Below are positions 19,802 to 30,193 of a stretch of 64,000 bases of DNA, piece by piece. Under the pieces are notes generated by a model. It saw only the letters and a program-made list of their open reading frames with translations, ran no database searches and was not told the origin of the DNA. The first letter of the stretch is position 1; each line of letters opens with the position of its first letter. This DNA comes from Candidatus Altimarinota bacterium (GTDB taxonomy: Bacteria; Patescibacteriota; Gracilibacteria; UBA1369; GCA-2718715): contig JBESAV010000001.1 of NCBI GenBank assembly GCA_041242255.1, forward strand, positions 416,001 through 480,000, read 5' to 3'. A program made the position numbers and the translations under genes.

Positions 19802-21464
19802 TAACCCTTTGAACTTCCATTATTGTGGTCTCCTTATCAATAACTTTCAAAATCCCATCCTGTTTGAGGTTCAGGTAACCTTTCTTTTCAACCTCTTCTT
19901 GTAGTTTTACAATTGATTCTCCATCCAAAATCATAGTCTTCAGGTCCTCATCAACTTTGATCACTTCAGCAATAACCATTCTACTTTTATAACCTGTATG
20001 ATTACAAATTGCACAACCTATCGGAAAAGGTAAAGTTTCTGGGACAGATTTTTCAATTCCTGAAATTCGTTTAATTTCAGCAAGTTCTTTTTCTAAGTAA
20101 GCTCGTGTTTTTTCACTTACTGGCTCTTCTTTTCTACAACTCGGACAAACAGTTCTTACTAGCCTCTGAGCAACCAATATATCCAATGCCGGTCCAATCA
20201 TAAAGTTATCCACTTCCATATTTTGAAGTCTTGGAATCGCCTCTATTGCACTATTCGTATGTAAGGTTGTAAGGACTACGTGCCCGGTCAATGCAGCTTG
20301 CAAAGCAGTTTTACCAACTTCTTTATTTCTAATCTCACCAACCATCACTACATCCGGATCCTGTCTTAGTACTGATTCCAAAGCATTATCAAAACCATAA
20401 CCTTTTTCATCCTCAATCTGACTCTGCACAATCCTCTGCAAATGATACTCAATCGGATCTTCCAGAGTGATGATTTTTTTATCCGGCGTATTAAACTCAG
20501 TTAGCATAGAGTAAAGCGTTGTCGTTTTACCAGATCCAGTCGGCCCTGTGATTAGTATCATTCCATGCTTCATTTTGGTTGTCTCATTCAGAATATCCAT
20601 ATGCCGCTCAGCAAATCCCAATTCACTAAAAGAGGCAAATTTCTTCCCAGAATCTAAAATCCTTATCACAATATTCGCCCCAAACTCGGACGGAATAACT
20701 GAAACCCTCAAATCAATCTTCCTATCATTCAACATAAAACTATATCTCCCATCTTGAGGAATATCATCAACATTTATCTTCATTCCACTGTCGTATTTGA
20801 TCTGCTGGGAAATCTGATCATAAATCTCTCGGGTAACCACAGAAACCCTCTGTAAGATACCGTCCACTCTAAATCTTATTAAAGCATCCTTCTCTTGAGG
20901 CTGAAAATGAATATCCGAAGCCCCAACCCTTACAGCTCCAACTAAAATCTTTTGTAAACCTTCCTTCACTGAGGAAAGCTCAATATCCTTTGCAATCTCG
21001 GAAATAGTAACCAATTCTTCAGCCACCTCTCTAACTTCTTCACTTACCTTAGCTTGCTCTTCTACTTTCATATCATCTTGATACTCTTGTATCTTCCCAA
21101 GCATATAGTCCAAACTATCCTTCGAAGTAATACTTAAAACTACTTCAAACTTTTTCTCAATCATCTCATCAATAATCTTCCTCGTTTCGTCAGAATATGG
21201 ATCAATCACAGCAAGATTAATCTTCCTTCCAACTCTAAAGTAGGGAGCAACCTGATATCTCTTTAGTTTTTCTATTTCCATCAAACCAAAAATATCTGAA
21301 TTCAAAGGAAACTTTCTCAAGTCTACATAGTCAAATTGACCACCTGAACTCTCAGCCTTCTTCTTCAAAGATTCTTCAAACATCTCAGCTTGAATCTCTG
21401 AGTTTATCTCAGTGGGGGACAAGTCAGCCTTCTTTTTACTCAATTCAACTTTAATATCCTTCAT
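19794..21464 (-). CDS. pilB: GspE/PilB type IV pilus assembly ATPase
   Basis: ASDIH, RFRVDG, PQDGR, GPTGSGKTTT, TLEDPIEY, LRQDPD, TGHVVLTTLHTN and a tetracysteine motif. Confidence 0.9.
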   Translation of the reverse strand: MKDIKVELSKKKADLSPTEINSEIQAEMFEESLKKKAESSGGQFDYVDLRKFPLNSDIFGLMEIEKLKRYQVAPYFRVGRKINLAVIDPYSDETRKIIDEMIEKKFEVVLSITSKDSLDYMLGKIQEYQDDMKVEEQAKVSEEVREVAEELVTISEIAKDIELSSVKEGLQKILVGAVRVGASDIHFQPQEKDALIRFRVDGILQRVSVVTREIYDQISQQIKYDSGMKINVDDIPQDGRYSFMLNDRKIDLRVSVIPSEFGANIVIRILDSGKKFASFSELGFAERHMDILNETTKMKHGMILITGPTGSGKTTTLYSMLTEFNTPDKKIITLEDPIEYHLQRIVQSQIEDEKGYGFDNALESVLRQDPDVVMVGEIRNKEVGKTALQAALTGHVVLTTLHTNSAIEAIPRLQNMEVDNFMIGPALDILVAQRLVRTVCPSCRKEEPVSEKTRAYLEKELAEIKRISGIEKSVPETLPFPIGCAICNHTGYKSRMVIAEVIKVDEDLKTMILDGESIVKLQEEVEKKGYLNLKQDGILKVIDKETTIMEVQRVIN

Positions 21465-22018
21465 TAATTTGGTTTATCATCCATAAATTCCATAATCTTT
21501 TTCATTCCTTCCCAGTTCATATCAGTTCCTTTCAAAAGTTTTACAAATTCAATTGCTTCAATTGCTTTCTCAAGCTGTTTGATAAGTTTCCCCAAAATAA
21601 CTCTCATTTCTTCTGCAATCTCTTTCCCTTCTTTCGACTCAATTCCAACAGTTTTTAATTTATCTGCTGCCGCTTCAAATTCAGCAATCAAAGCCACCAC
21701 TTCTGCAGCTGCTCTAGTGATATATTCTCCAGCAGTTGAGTCTTTCAACCAAATAGCAGCATCTTTCAAAACATGAAGCACTTCCAATACATGGTCAAGT
21801 TCCTCCATTACATCTAGATCTACGTCCAAAAACTCAGTCAGCTCTCTCAAAACTCCCTCCACAAACATCGCCTTTTCAGCCAAATCAATACTTTCATTCA
21901 AAGAATTTTCTATGTTATCAGGAATATAATCACCATACTCTTGAACATTAGCTTTCAACTTCGCTAGTTTATCCTTCAAACTCACCTCACCATTTCTTTT
22001 TTCAATAGAACCTTCCAT
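21464..22018 (-). CDS. hypothetical helical protein, translationally coupled to pilB
   Basis: Its stop overlaps the pilB start (TAATG at 21464). Confidence 0.7.
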   Translation of the reverse strand: MEGSIEKRNGEVSLKDKLAKLKANVQEYGDYIPDNIENSLNESIDLAEKAMFVEGVLRELTEFLDVDLDVMEELDHVLEVLHVLKDAAIWLKDSTAGEYITRAAAEVVALIAEFEAAADKLKTVGIESKEGKEIAEEMRVILGKLIKQLEKAIEAIEFVKLLKGTDMNWEGMKKIMEFMDDKPN

Positions 22019-22027
22019 ATGTTTTTG

Positions 22028-23653
22028 TTATCTAATAATTATATCACAATCATCAAAAATTGCCAGGTACTTCCCATCCTTATTCAAATACTTCCGCCCT
22101 TTTCTCTCAGTAGCAACTAATGCATCTTTCCCATGATAACCTCTTGGGTATGTCACACTAAAAGGCACTTCAAGCTCATCATCTCCAAATATATCTCCCA
22201 AACCAACATGTGTTTGAAGTTTAGTGACAATCCCTGTCATCAAATTCCTAAAACTAACTCTCCACCCAAAAGGCGTTTCTTCTAGTATTAATTTCCTTAC
22301 CAATTCTCTATTTTCATAGCTAAATTTTCTTATTTCTTCCTTCTCACCTTGTAGAACTTTCAAAAATTCTCCTTTAAATTCATCCAAGTTATTCTGTGCT
22401 TTCTCTTCTTTAAATTCAGGAATTCCATACAACCCCCAAAAATATTCTTGCATTATCTCATCCATCTTCTGATCATCCACTGAAGGAGCTACCTCTTCCA
22501 CTTCATTTTCATATCTATCATCCCACAATTTAGTCCCAACTCCTATTTGCTCATTATCCTCTTCTCTTTGAATCCACATTGAAATCCATTTTTTAAAATG
22601 CTCACTTTTTTGCAAAATACTCAAGTCATTCTGAGCCACAAAGTCCAGTAGTACACTCACAGCTTCTGATTGGTCTCCAGGTGGTAGAACAATTATATAC
22701 CTTATCATTGCCTCTAACCCTCCTCTAAGGTTCACAATCCCCAACTCAGGTAATTTTTTATGCAACATTCTCAATAATTTTTCATGAATCTCAGGATTAG
22801 TTAAAAAATCATACCCATCACTCAAAGAAGCAATGTATTTCATCTCAAGTCGTTTCCCAGCAATCCCAGCCATTCCAGCAAATTTCACAAATTTACCCAT
22901 TTTATTTAATCCACTTAGGCTCCCAGTCAAAACAGAAATCATTATAAAAGCTGTAACTTTCCCAGCCAAAAAAGAAGCATAAGCTCCATCTGACTCATAG
23001 ATCTTCTTCCACATATCTTCAGACACAACACCTGCAACCTCTTGAAGCATTGGCCATAACTCACTCCAATCTTGTTGAAACAGTATTTCAAAACTATCTT
23101 CCAGCATCTGTGATGCTCTTTCAGGATCCTCTTTAAAAATCTCAAAATAAGTATGTACCTGCTTTCCTTCATTCATCATAGTCAGAGCAAACCCTCTCAC
23201 AAAGTCCGAATGCAACTCATCTGCACTTTGCTCCAAATCAACCACAAATCTCAATGGTGAATCTTCAAACAGTTTTCTGAGCTTTTCCCCAAGCAGTCCA
23301 TCTGAACTTTTTAATTCATCCAAGAACTCAATTACAATTTGTTCATTTCTAAGTTTTTCCAATTCCAAGTCAATCAACGGCATCTCATACATCAACTCTT
23401 GAGGCGGCTCCAACATAAGATCACTATATAGCTCTCTCATATTTTCAAGCATCTCAATTCTTTTCTCTATATGACTCCGAGAAGGATCACTCTCTATAAA
23501 TAGCTTATAGCTTTCTACTCTAGTTTCTAAGTTAGCAATAATCTTTCTTTGTTTCTCTAAAAATTCTTGCTTATTTTCAATCCAGTCTAAATTTTTTATT
23601 TGTTCACTCTTCAAAACAGTTTTTCCAAGCCCAGTAGGGAAGCCAGTATTCAT
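22028..23653 (-). CDS. hypothetical protein with central hydrophobic segment
   Basis: 541-aa ORF; coiled-coil-like N-terminus and a hydrophobic Gly/Ala-rich stretch. Confidence 0.75.
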   Translation of the reverse strand: MNTGFPTGLGKTVLKSEQIKNLDWIENKQEFLEKQRKIIANLETRVESYKLFIESDPSRSHIEKRIEMLENMRELYSDLMLEPPQELMYEMPLIDLELEKLRNEQIVIEFLDELKSSDGLLGEKLRKLFEDSPLRFVVDLEQSADELHSDFVRGFALTMMNEGKQVHTYFEIFKEDPERASQMLEDSFEILFQQDWSELWPMLQEVAGVVSEDMWKKIYESDGAYASFLAGKVTAFIMISVLTGSLSGLNKMGKFVKFAGMAGIAGKRLEMKYIASLSDGYDFLTNPEIHEKLLRMLHKKLPELGIVNLRGGLEAMIRYIIVLPPGDQSEAVSVLLDFVAQNDLSILQKSEHFKKWISMWIQREEDNEQIGVGTKLWDDRYENEVEEVAPSVDDQKMDEIMQEYFWGLYGIPEFKEEKAQNNLDEFKGEFLKVLQGEKEEIRKFSYENRELVRKLILEETPFGWRVSFRNLMTGIVTKLQTHVGLGDIFGDDELEVPFSVTYPRGYHGKDALVATERKGRKYLNKDGKYLAIFDDCDIIIR

Positions 23654-23685
23654 ACAAATTATTAAATCTAGTTTAATTATACCAA

Positions 23686-23716
23686 AAAAGTCTACAATCC
23701 TTCGATCATAGACTTT
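23686..23716 (-). terminator. putative terminator after nusA
   Basis: aaaagtcta...tagactttt inverted repeat, followed by a T-run on the minus strand. Confidence 0.5.
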
Positions 23717-23734
23717 TCAAAATATGTGTAAGTA

Positions 23735-25030
23735 TTAAGCTTCTTTAACTGCTTCAAATACTTCCTTAGCACCTTCTTCACCAAGACCTTCAATATATTG
23801 TAGGTCATCTACAGATAGACCTTTAAGTTGTGAAACCATAGTAAGTCCAGCATTTTCAAGTGCTTCTACGTACTCTTTCTTCACATCCATTGAAGACATC
23901 ATAATCTCCTCAACATTTGCTTTCTCTTCAGTTTCACTACTACCTTCAGATTTTTCAACTTTCATAGTCGGAGCAAGTCTTTTCTTGTCTTCATCAGAAA
24001 GCTCTGAGATATCCATAATATCAATTTCCAATTCGGTAAGCTTAGAAGCAAGTCTAACATTTTGCCCTTTTCTACCAATAGCCATAGCTCTTTCAGATTC
24101 TTCCACGTATACCTTCACACTGTTATTCTCTTCATCAAGATCAATATAACTAATCTTAGCTGGCTCCAAAGATCTTCTTAAGAAGTCCAACCTATTTTCA
24201 GTATAAGGGATTACATCAATACGCTCTCCGTTTAGTTCATCCATGATCGCTTGAACTCTCACACCTTTTTGCCCAACACATGCTCCAACCGGATCTACTT
24301 TTTCATCGTTTGAAGTAACAGCAATCTTACATCTCATACCTGGATCACGAGCAATTTTCTTAACTTCTACAACACCTTGAGAGATCTCTGGAATCTCAAG
24401 TTCAAGAAGCTTTCTAACCAACTCAGGATGAGTCCTAGAGATTACCAATCTAGGTCCCTTAGTAGTTTTCATAACCTTATCTAGGTACAGTTTCAACCTT
24501 TGACCAGCATAGTATCTTTCACCTGGAATTTTATGCTCCCTCGGGAGTTCAAGAATGATTTTACCCATATCAATGTAAACTCTATCACCTTGAACTCTAT
24601 GAACTTGAGTATTTAAAAGTTCATTTTCTCTATCTTTGAAAGTTTCATACATAAGATTTCTTTCAGCCTCTTGAAGTTTCTGCATGATTACCTGCTTAGC
24701 AGACTGAGCCGCAATTCTTCCATATTCCATTGGAGTCACATCAATCTTAACTTTATCTCCAACTTTAGCTTTTTTATTGTATTTCTTAGCATCTTTTTCA
24801 GATATTTCTAAGTCTTCATCTTCAACTTTCTCCACAACTTCTTTCTCTAAGAAAATATTTGCAGATTCTCCAGTTTCAGATAGCTCTACAATAATCTCTT
24901 GATCTTTAGTCCCATAGTCTTTTCTATAGGCAGTTTTGAAAGCAGCTTCAATAACTTCCATTACTGTTTCTTTCGGCAGATTTTTCTCTGCTACTAGCTG
25001 GTTAACTGCAGCTATAAATTGAGTTTGCAT
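23735..25030 (-). CDS. nusA: transcription factor NusA
   Basis: YGRIAAQSAKQVIMQK, S1 and KH domains, IARDPG, GACVGQKGVRV, AIGRKGQNVRLA. Confidence 0.97.
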   Translation of the reverse strand: MQTQFIAAVNQLVAEKNLPKETVMEVIEAAFKTAYRKDYGTKDQEIIVELSETGESANIFLEKEVVEKVEDEDLEISEKDAKKYNKKAKVGDKVKIDVTPMEYGRIAAQSAKQVIMQKLQEAERNLMYETFKDRENELLNTQVHRVQGDRVYIDMGKIILELPREHKIPGERYYAGQRLKLYLDKVMKTTKGPRLVISRTHPELVRKLLELEIPEISQGVVEVKKIARDPGMRCKIAVTSNDEKVDPVGACVGQKGVRVQAIMDELNGERIDVIPYTENRLDFLRRSLEPAKISYIDLDEENNSVKVYVEESERAMAIGRKGQNVRLASKLTELEIDIMDISELSDEDKKRLAPTMKVEKSEGSSETEEKANVEEIMMSSMDVKKEYVEALENAGLTMVSQLKGLSVDDLQYIEGLGEEGAKEVFEAVKEA

Positions 25031-25055
25031 TTTTAATCATTAAATTTTTCCAAAT

Positions 25056-25085
25056 AAAAAAGTTATTTCTGGCGAAATAACTCTC
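25056..25085 (-). terminator. terminator/attenuator hairpin between recX and nusA
   Basis: Minus strand gagagttatttc-gcca-gaaataactttttt, about 25 nt before the nusA ATG. Confidence 0.7.
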
Positions 25086-25113
25086 AACAAGAAATAATAT
25101 TTCTATATATATA

Positions 25114-25635
25114 CTAACCAATCTCCTCGGCTTTGGCAACCACTCTTTCCATTTCTATAAAGGGTAAACCCCGGTATGCAAGAAACCTATTTATCTTAGC
25201 TCTAAGTTTTTGTTTGTCATCATATTCCATTTCTTCCCACTTCCTTAAATCTCTACTATATTTTTTAGAAACTTCTTCTTCTGCAATTTCTTGAAAATCA
25301 GTTTCTTCCATTTTTTCATCATATGTCTCAGAAATACCTTTCATCTTTAGTTCACGACGTATTCGTCTTGGCCCAATCCCTTTTCTAATCTTTGATCTAA
25401 CAAAGACCTCTTTAAATCTCTCATCAGATTGCCAACCCTTCTCTTCTAAATAATCCAGCACAGTTCCAATAAGCTCACTAAATTCACTTCCATATTTTCT
25501 AAGTAGTTTCCTTTCAAGCTCTTTCTTTGCGTAATCTCTCCTCCCCAAATAAAAGCAGGCCTTTTTAAATATGACCTGCTTTTTTTCTTTCTCATCAAGA
25601 CCATTAAACCAATTCTGAAATCTTTGTTTCTTCAT
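25114..25635 (-). CDS. recX: RecX regulator
   Basis: YLGRRDYAKKELERKL, SDERF, GPRRIRRELKMKGI, FLAYRG; directly downstream of recA. Confidence 0.9.
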   Translation of the reverse strand: MKKQRFQNWFNGLDEKEKKQVIFKKACFYLGRRDYAKKELERKLLRKYGSEFSELIGTVLDYLEEKGWQSDERFKEVFVRSKIRKGIGPRRIRRELKMKGISETYDEKMEETDFQEIAEEEVSKKYSRDLRKWEEMEYDDKQKLRAKINRFLAYRGLPFIEMERVVAKAEEIG

Positions 25636-25638
25636 TGA

Positions 25639-26712
25639 TTATGCTTCTTGAGAGTCCTTAATAATCTGCACCACTTCTTTTTCAATCTTAGACATTACAT
25701 CCGGATTCTCTTTCAGGTAAATCTTACTATTTTCACGTCCTTGTCCAATAGTTTCATCATTGTATGAGTAGTAAGCCCCTTTCTTACGAGTTACTGCATA
25801 TTTTTCAGATAGATCGAGTAGTTCACCTTCTCGAGATATACCTTTGTTAAACATGATGTCAAACTCAGCAATTCTAAACGGTGGAGCAACTTTATTCTTC
25901 ACAACTTTTACTTTAGTTTGATTACCAATCAGAACCTTACCTTCTGGACTATTTCCTTCAATTTTAGACTTTCTTCTAATCTCCATTCTTACAGAAGAGT
26001 AAAACTTCAAGGCATTACCACCAGTTGTAGTTTCAGGATTACCAAACATAACTCCAATTTTCATTCTAATCTGATTAATGAAGATAATAGTACATTTTGA
26101 TTTATTAACAGCTCCAGTCAGCTTTCTTAAGGCCTGACTCATAAGCCTTGCTTGTAGTCCCATATGACTATCTCCCATCTCTCCTTCAATCTCAGCTTTT
26201 GGAGTAAGTGCCGCAACAGAATCCACTACAATCAGATCCACCGCATTTGAACGAACAAGTGTTTCTACAATCTCAAGTGCCTGTTCACCACTATCAGGTT
26301 GAGCTACAAGTAGATTGTCAGTATCAACTCCGATTTTCTTGGCATATTGTGGGTCTAAAGCATGCTCTGCATCTACAAAGGCAGCCATACCACCTTGCTT
26401 TTGTGTTTCAGCAATCGCATGTAAAGTTACAGTAGTCTTACCTGAACTTTCAGGACCATATATTTCTATGATTCTACCTTTTGGTATACCTCCACCAAGG
26501 GCAATATCTAGTGAGATAGAACCAGTTGGAATAGTCTCTACATTAATATTCTTAGATTCACCAAGTTTCATAATGGCTCCTTTTCCATAATTTTTCTCAA
26601 TTTGAGCCATAGCCATATCCACAGCTTTTTTCTTATTAGGATCCATTTCTGGAGCTTTTGGCTTGGTAGCCTCTTCTTTCTTTTTAGTGTTTTTTGCTTT
26701 ATCTTCAGCCAT
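25639..26712 (-). CDS. recA: recombinase RecA
   Basis: [55 protein letters not shown]. Confidence 0.99.
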   Translation of the reverse strand: MAEDKAKNTKKKEEATKPKAPEMDPNKKKAVDMAMAQIEKNYGKGAIMKLGESKNINVETIPTGSISLDIALGGGIPKGRIIEIYGPESSGKTTVTLHAIAETQKQGGMAAFVDAEHALDPQYAKKIGVDTDNLLVAQPDSGEQALEIVETLVRSNAVDLIVVDSVAALTPKAEIEGEMGDSHMGLQARLMSQALRKLTGAVNKSKCTIIFINQIRMKIGVMFGNPETTTGGNALKFYSSVRMEIRRKSKIEGNSPEGKVLIGNQTKVKVVKNKVAPPFRIAEFDIMFNKGISREGELLDLSEKYAVTRKKGAYYSYNDETIGQGRENSKIYLKENPDVMSKIEKEVVQIIKDSQEA

Positions 26713-26742
26713 TTGTGTAGATTAAAATTATTTTACGAAACA

Positions 26743-26771
26743 ATTGTAGGTGAGAAGGTTCTCACCGTCAA
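26743..26771 (-). promoter_or_regulatory. recA promoter TTGACG-17-TACAAT with palindromic operator GGTGAGAA-N2-TTCTCACC
   Basis: Perfect 8-bp-arm inverted repeat at 26749-26766 fills the spacer between -35 and -10. Confidence 0.75.
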
Positions 26772-26991
26772 CATTTCTAAAATAATCATATAAAAACACA
26801 CTTTCAGAATCTTTAAATATTCATAGATCAATCAATAAGCCAAAAAACTCAAGCTACGAATTCGATATATACAAAAATTTAAAATAAAAACACAAACTTA
26901 CGTCAAATCAAAAAGTCTCCACAGAAGACATACATTTTGTACTAGGTGATCTCAAAGTTATAATCCACATAGTTTATAAACACTGTCAAAT

Positions 26992-28101
26992 TTGCCAAAG
27001 CAACTAATTAAAATTGCTACAGATATTCGTGAAGCCATAGCTCCAAACAAAGCTGGAAAAGGGGAGTACAACTTTCACATAGTCCAAAATCTTATCCAAC
27101 TTAGTAAAAAGAACCCAAAAACCGAACTAATTCTGTTCAACGATAACCGATTCACTCCACCAAAAGAATGGCAAAAATATACTATAAATATCCCACACCA
27201 AGGATTGAAATGGCACAAGGAAGTTGCTAAGTCATGTCATAAGCAAGGTATAAGTAATTACTTTTCTCCAACAAGTTACATCACCCCTCATTACATACAT
27301 AGGTTTAGCTCAGATACCAAAACTCTAACCACAGTCCACGACCTTATCGTTTTTTTACATCCTCAAAGCCACCCTTTAAAACCTAGGTTAATAGAAAACT
27401 ATTATCTCAAAAAACTAACAAAGCTCACTAACAACACTTTCACTACTGTCTCAGACAGTACCAAAAAAGATCTCCAAAAAATATTTCCTAGGCTAGCAAG
27501 TGACCAAATAAAAGTAATCAAAAATGGACTAAAAGATTTTCCAAAACCATCAACAAAAACAAGTAAGAAAGCTAAGCCCTTTATCCTTTCCGTTTCTACT
27601 ATTTTACCAAGAAAGAACTATATAACTCTTCTTAAAGCTTTTAATATAATCAAATCCCTAATACCTCACGAAATACATATCATAGGTAAATACGACAAAA
27701 AAAATCTTGCTCCACTGTTAAAATACATAAAAGACCATCAGCTAGAAAAAAGAGTGAAAATTCTGGGTTACGTCTCTTCCAAAAAATTATCTTCTGAGTA
27801 CGCTAATGCAGACATGTTAGTGATTCCATCCACCTACGAAGGTTTTGGACTACCAGTTATAGAAGGACTAAAGAGGGGATTGCCAGTAATTTGTTCAGAT
27901 ATACCAGTTTTCCATGAAGTAGCTGACCCTGCTGCTCTTTTCTTTAAACCTTTAAATCCAGTCGACCTAGCTAACCAAATCATTTTCCTCCATAAAAATC
28001 AGGAGCAAAAGCAAATCCTTTCCAAAGAAGGTCCAAAATTAGTAAAAAAGTACAACTGGAAAAAATCATCTCAAAAAATTTGGAAGATACTTCTCAAGTA
28101 A
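26992..28101 (+). CDS. glycosyltransferase family 4
   Basis: TVHDL, TVSDSTKKDL, PRKNY, PSTYEGFGLPVIEG, SDIPVFHEV. Confidence 0.92.
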   Translation: MPKQLIKIATDIREAIAPNKAGKGEYNFHIVQNLIQLSKKNPKTELILFNDNRFTPPKEWQKYTINIPHQGLKWHKEVAKSCHKQGISNYFSPTSYITPHYIHRFSSDTKTLTTVHDLIVFLHPQSHPLKPRLIENYYLKKLTKLTNNTFTTVSDSTKKDLQKIFPRLASDQIKVIKNGLKDFPKPSTKTSKKAKPFILSVSTILPRKNYITLLKAFNIIKSLIPHEIHIIGKYDKKNLAPLLKYIKDHQLEKRVKILGYVSSKKLSSEYANADMLVIPSTYEGFGLPVIEGLKRGLPVICSDIPVFHEVADPAALFFKPLNPVDLANQIIFLHKNQEQKQILSKEGPKLVKKYNWKKSSQKIWKILLK

Positions 28102-29307
28102 TCAAATCACTACTTTCCAGTAACTCTCCAACATCTCATCATAAGAAAATCTACTCACGGCAACATCTAAATTCTTAGAAACATTTTTTATCATATCTCG
28201 GTTTTCAACTATTTCCAGGCATCGATCTACAAAGTCTTCAGGCTTGCATATGAACGCCTCTTTTCTGTCTTCTAAGTGGTAAGCTACCCCACATTTGTCA
28301 GTTAGAAGCACTGGTGTACCAGCATGCATTGCTTCCAAAACTACAAGCCCAAAAGGATCAGTTTTTGTTGCTGGTAAAACAAGTAGGTCAATATTTTGCA
28401 TAAAACAAGGAACAAGCTTTTTATCTAACCACATATTATCTATTTCAGCTTTATCCAGTTTTTTCTTGTAATCACCATCACCACAACATATAAACCCAGC
28501 CTCAGGAATCTTTTCTGCAATTTCCAGAATCAGTTTCATACCTTTATCTTCGCTAAATCTTCCCACAAAACCAATGTCAAAATTCTTCTTAGCAAAAGCC
28601 CTTCTCATCTCTAAAGGTAGGGTAGAAGCATCTTTAATCTTCTTAAATCTTCTACCATCTATCGCATTTGTTATTACTTTAACCCAAGCCATCTTCATCT
28701 CTTTTTTCATAAGTTCAGACACCGTTACCACCGTCACATTTGATCTTTTAGACCAAAACTTATATCCCAATTTCCATAGGTTCTTATGAAACCAGTTACC
28801 CATTCGAGCATGTTCCACCCATATACTTTTAACTCCAAACAACCATAACCATGGCCCATAAATCAATTTTTCAGTAAACGAAAGCATATACATTCTTAGT
28901 TGCTGGCCGTGTTTCAGTTTCAATCTACCTACATCCCAACCACCCTTCAAAAAAAGCATAGGTGAAATCAAACTAAACCAAACCAACCGCAATAAAGTTA
29001 CTGGTGGTTTAGAAAGCCATCTATTGCTGAACTTGTAATTATTCTCTTTAAATAACTTTCTTAAAACTTTACAAGATCCCCAAAATTCTACGTGTGCTCC
29101 TTGAGATCTATAAAAACTAGCAATTTCCATTGTATGTCCCTCCTCACCACCATAGCTTGAGCTAAATGGGAATCGAGTAACTACTATCTTTAATGGTTCA
29201 GCATACTCATCTGTCGCAACCTTTGTATTTTCAAGCAATGCATCAGTTGACTCCAAAAGGGCTGTTGAATGTTCAATTTTCGACACAGTAAAATTCTTAA
29301 TGTACAA
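28102..29307 (-). CDS. glycosyltransferase family 4
   Basis: YGGEE, FVGRFSEDKG, DPFGLVVLEAMHAGTPV. Start uncertain. Confidence 0.88.
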   Translation of the reverse strand: MYIKNFTVSKIEHSTALLESTDALLENTKVATDEYAEPLKIVVTRFPFSSSYGGEEGHTMEIASFYRSQGAHVEFWGSCKVLRKLFKENNYKFSNRWLSKPPVTLLRLVWFSLISPMLFLKGGWDVGRLKLKHGQQLRMYMLSFTEKLIYGPWLWLFGVKSIWVEHARMGNWFHKNLWKLGYKFWSKRSNVTVVTVSELMKKEMKMAWVKVITNAIDGRRFKKIKDASTLPLEMRRAFAKKNFDIGFVGRFSEDKGMKLILEIAEKIPEAGFICCGDGDYKKKLDKAEIDNMWLDKKLVPCFMQNIDLLVLPATKTDPFGLVVLEAMHAGTPVLLTDKCGVAYHLEDRKEAFICKPEDFVDRCLEIVENRDMIKNVSKNLDVAVSRFSYDEMLESYWKVVI

Positions 29308-29334
29308 TCAAAATATATACTAAGACCTTCACCT

Positions 29335-30192
29335 TTGCCAAAATTCCAGTCAGTTTCTTTTATCGGAAAACCAAACCTCAGCTCTCATACAAAAGAGCTA
29401 CAATCAATCATAAGTTTTTTTGAAGGATCAGATCTTCATTTTGATATTCATTTTTCAAAGGAGTTCTCCAAACCAACCTCCACCAAACAAGAGCTAACCA
29501 GTACTGATCTTATTTTAGTTTTTGGAGGTGACGGAACACTCATCAAGACAATTCGTCAAATCAAAAACTCCAATTCAAAAATACTATCCATCAACCTTGG
29601 AAATCTAGGTTTCCTCACTGAGATAGACATCGAAGAGTTCTCCCAAACCATGATTAAAATCCAAAAAGGGGAGTATGAGTTAGATAAGCGTAAACTCCTT
29701 ACCGTGCACATCATGCGTGAAGGTAAGCGTATCTTAGAAAATCAAATTGTTAACGAGGCAGTTATCCACCAAGGAGGTAAGGCTCGCCTAATAAACCTAC
29801 ATATAGAAGTCAGCGGACAATCCATGTGTAGCCTCAAAGCTGATGGCCTAATAATATCAACTGCAACCGGAAGTACTGGTCACTCTCTTTCAGCTGGAGG
29901 ACCAATCATCCATCCTCACATAAACGCTATACTCATCAATCCTATCGCCCCAATATCTCTCTCCAATAGGCCCATAGCAGTTCCTTCAGACAGATGCGTA
30001 GAAGTGGATATAGATAAAAACCGCCAATTCGCCGAGCGAGTAGGCTTAACTATCGATGGACAAGAAAGCTACCAACTAGAATACAAAGATAAAATCTATA
30101 TAAAAGAGTCGAGCCACGAAGCCCAACTCATCCGTCTCTTAAATTCTAACTACTACCAGTCTCTACGAGATAAACTCAATTGGACAAAGTAA
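29335..30192 (+). CDS. nadK: NAD(+) kinase (start likely TTG 29335)
   Basis: GGDGT, INLGNLGFL, NE, ADGLIISTATGST..SLSAGGP. Confidence 0.93.
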   Translation: MPKFQSVSFIGKPNLSSHTKELQSIISFFEGSDLHFDIHFSKEFSKPTSTKQELTSTDLILVFGGDGTLIKTIRQIKNSNSKILSINLGNLGFLTEIDIEEFSQTMIKIQKGEYELDKRKLLTVHIMREGKRILENQIVNEAVIHQGGKARLINLHIEVSGQSMCSLKADGLIISTATGSTGHSLSAGGPIIHPHINAILINPIAPISLSNRPIAVPSDRCVEVDIDKNRQFAERVGLTIDGQESYQLEYKDKIYIKESSHEAQLIRLLNSNYYQSLRDKLNWTK

Positions 30193-30193
30193 A

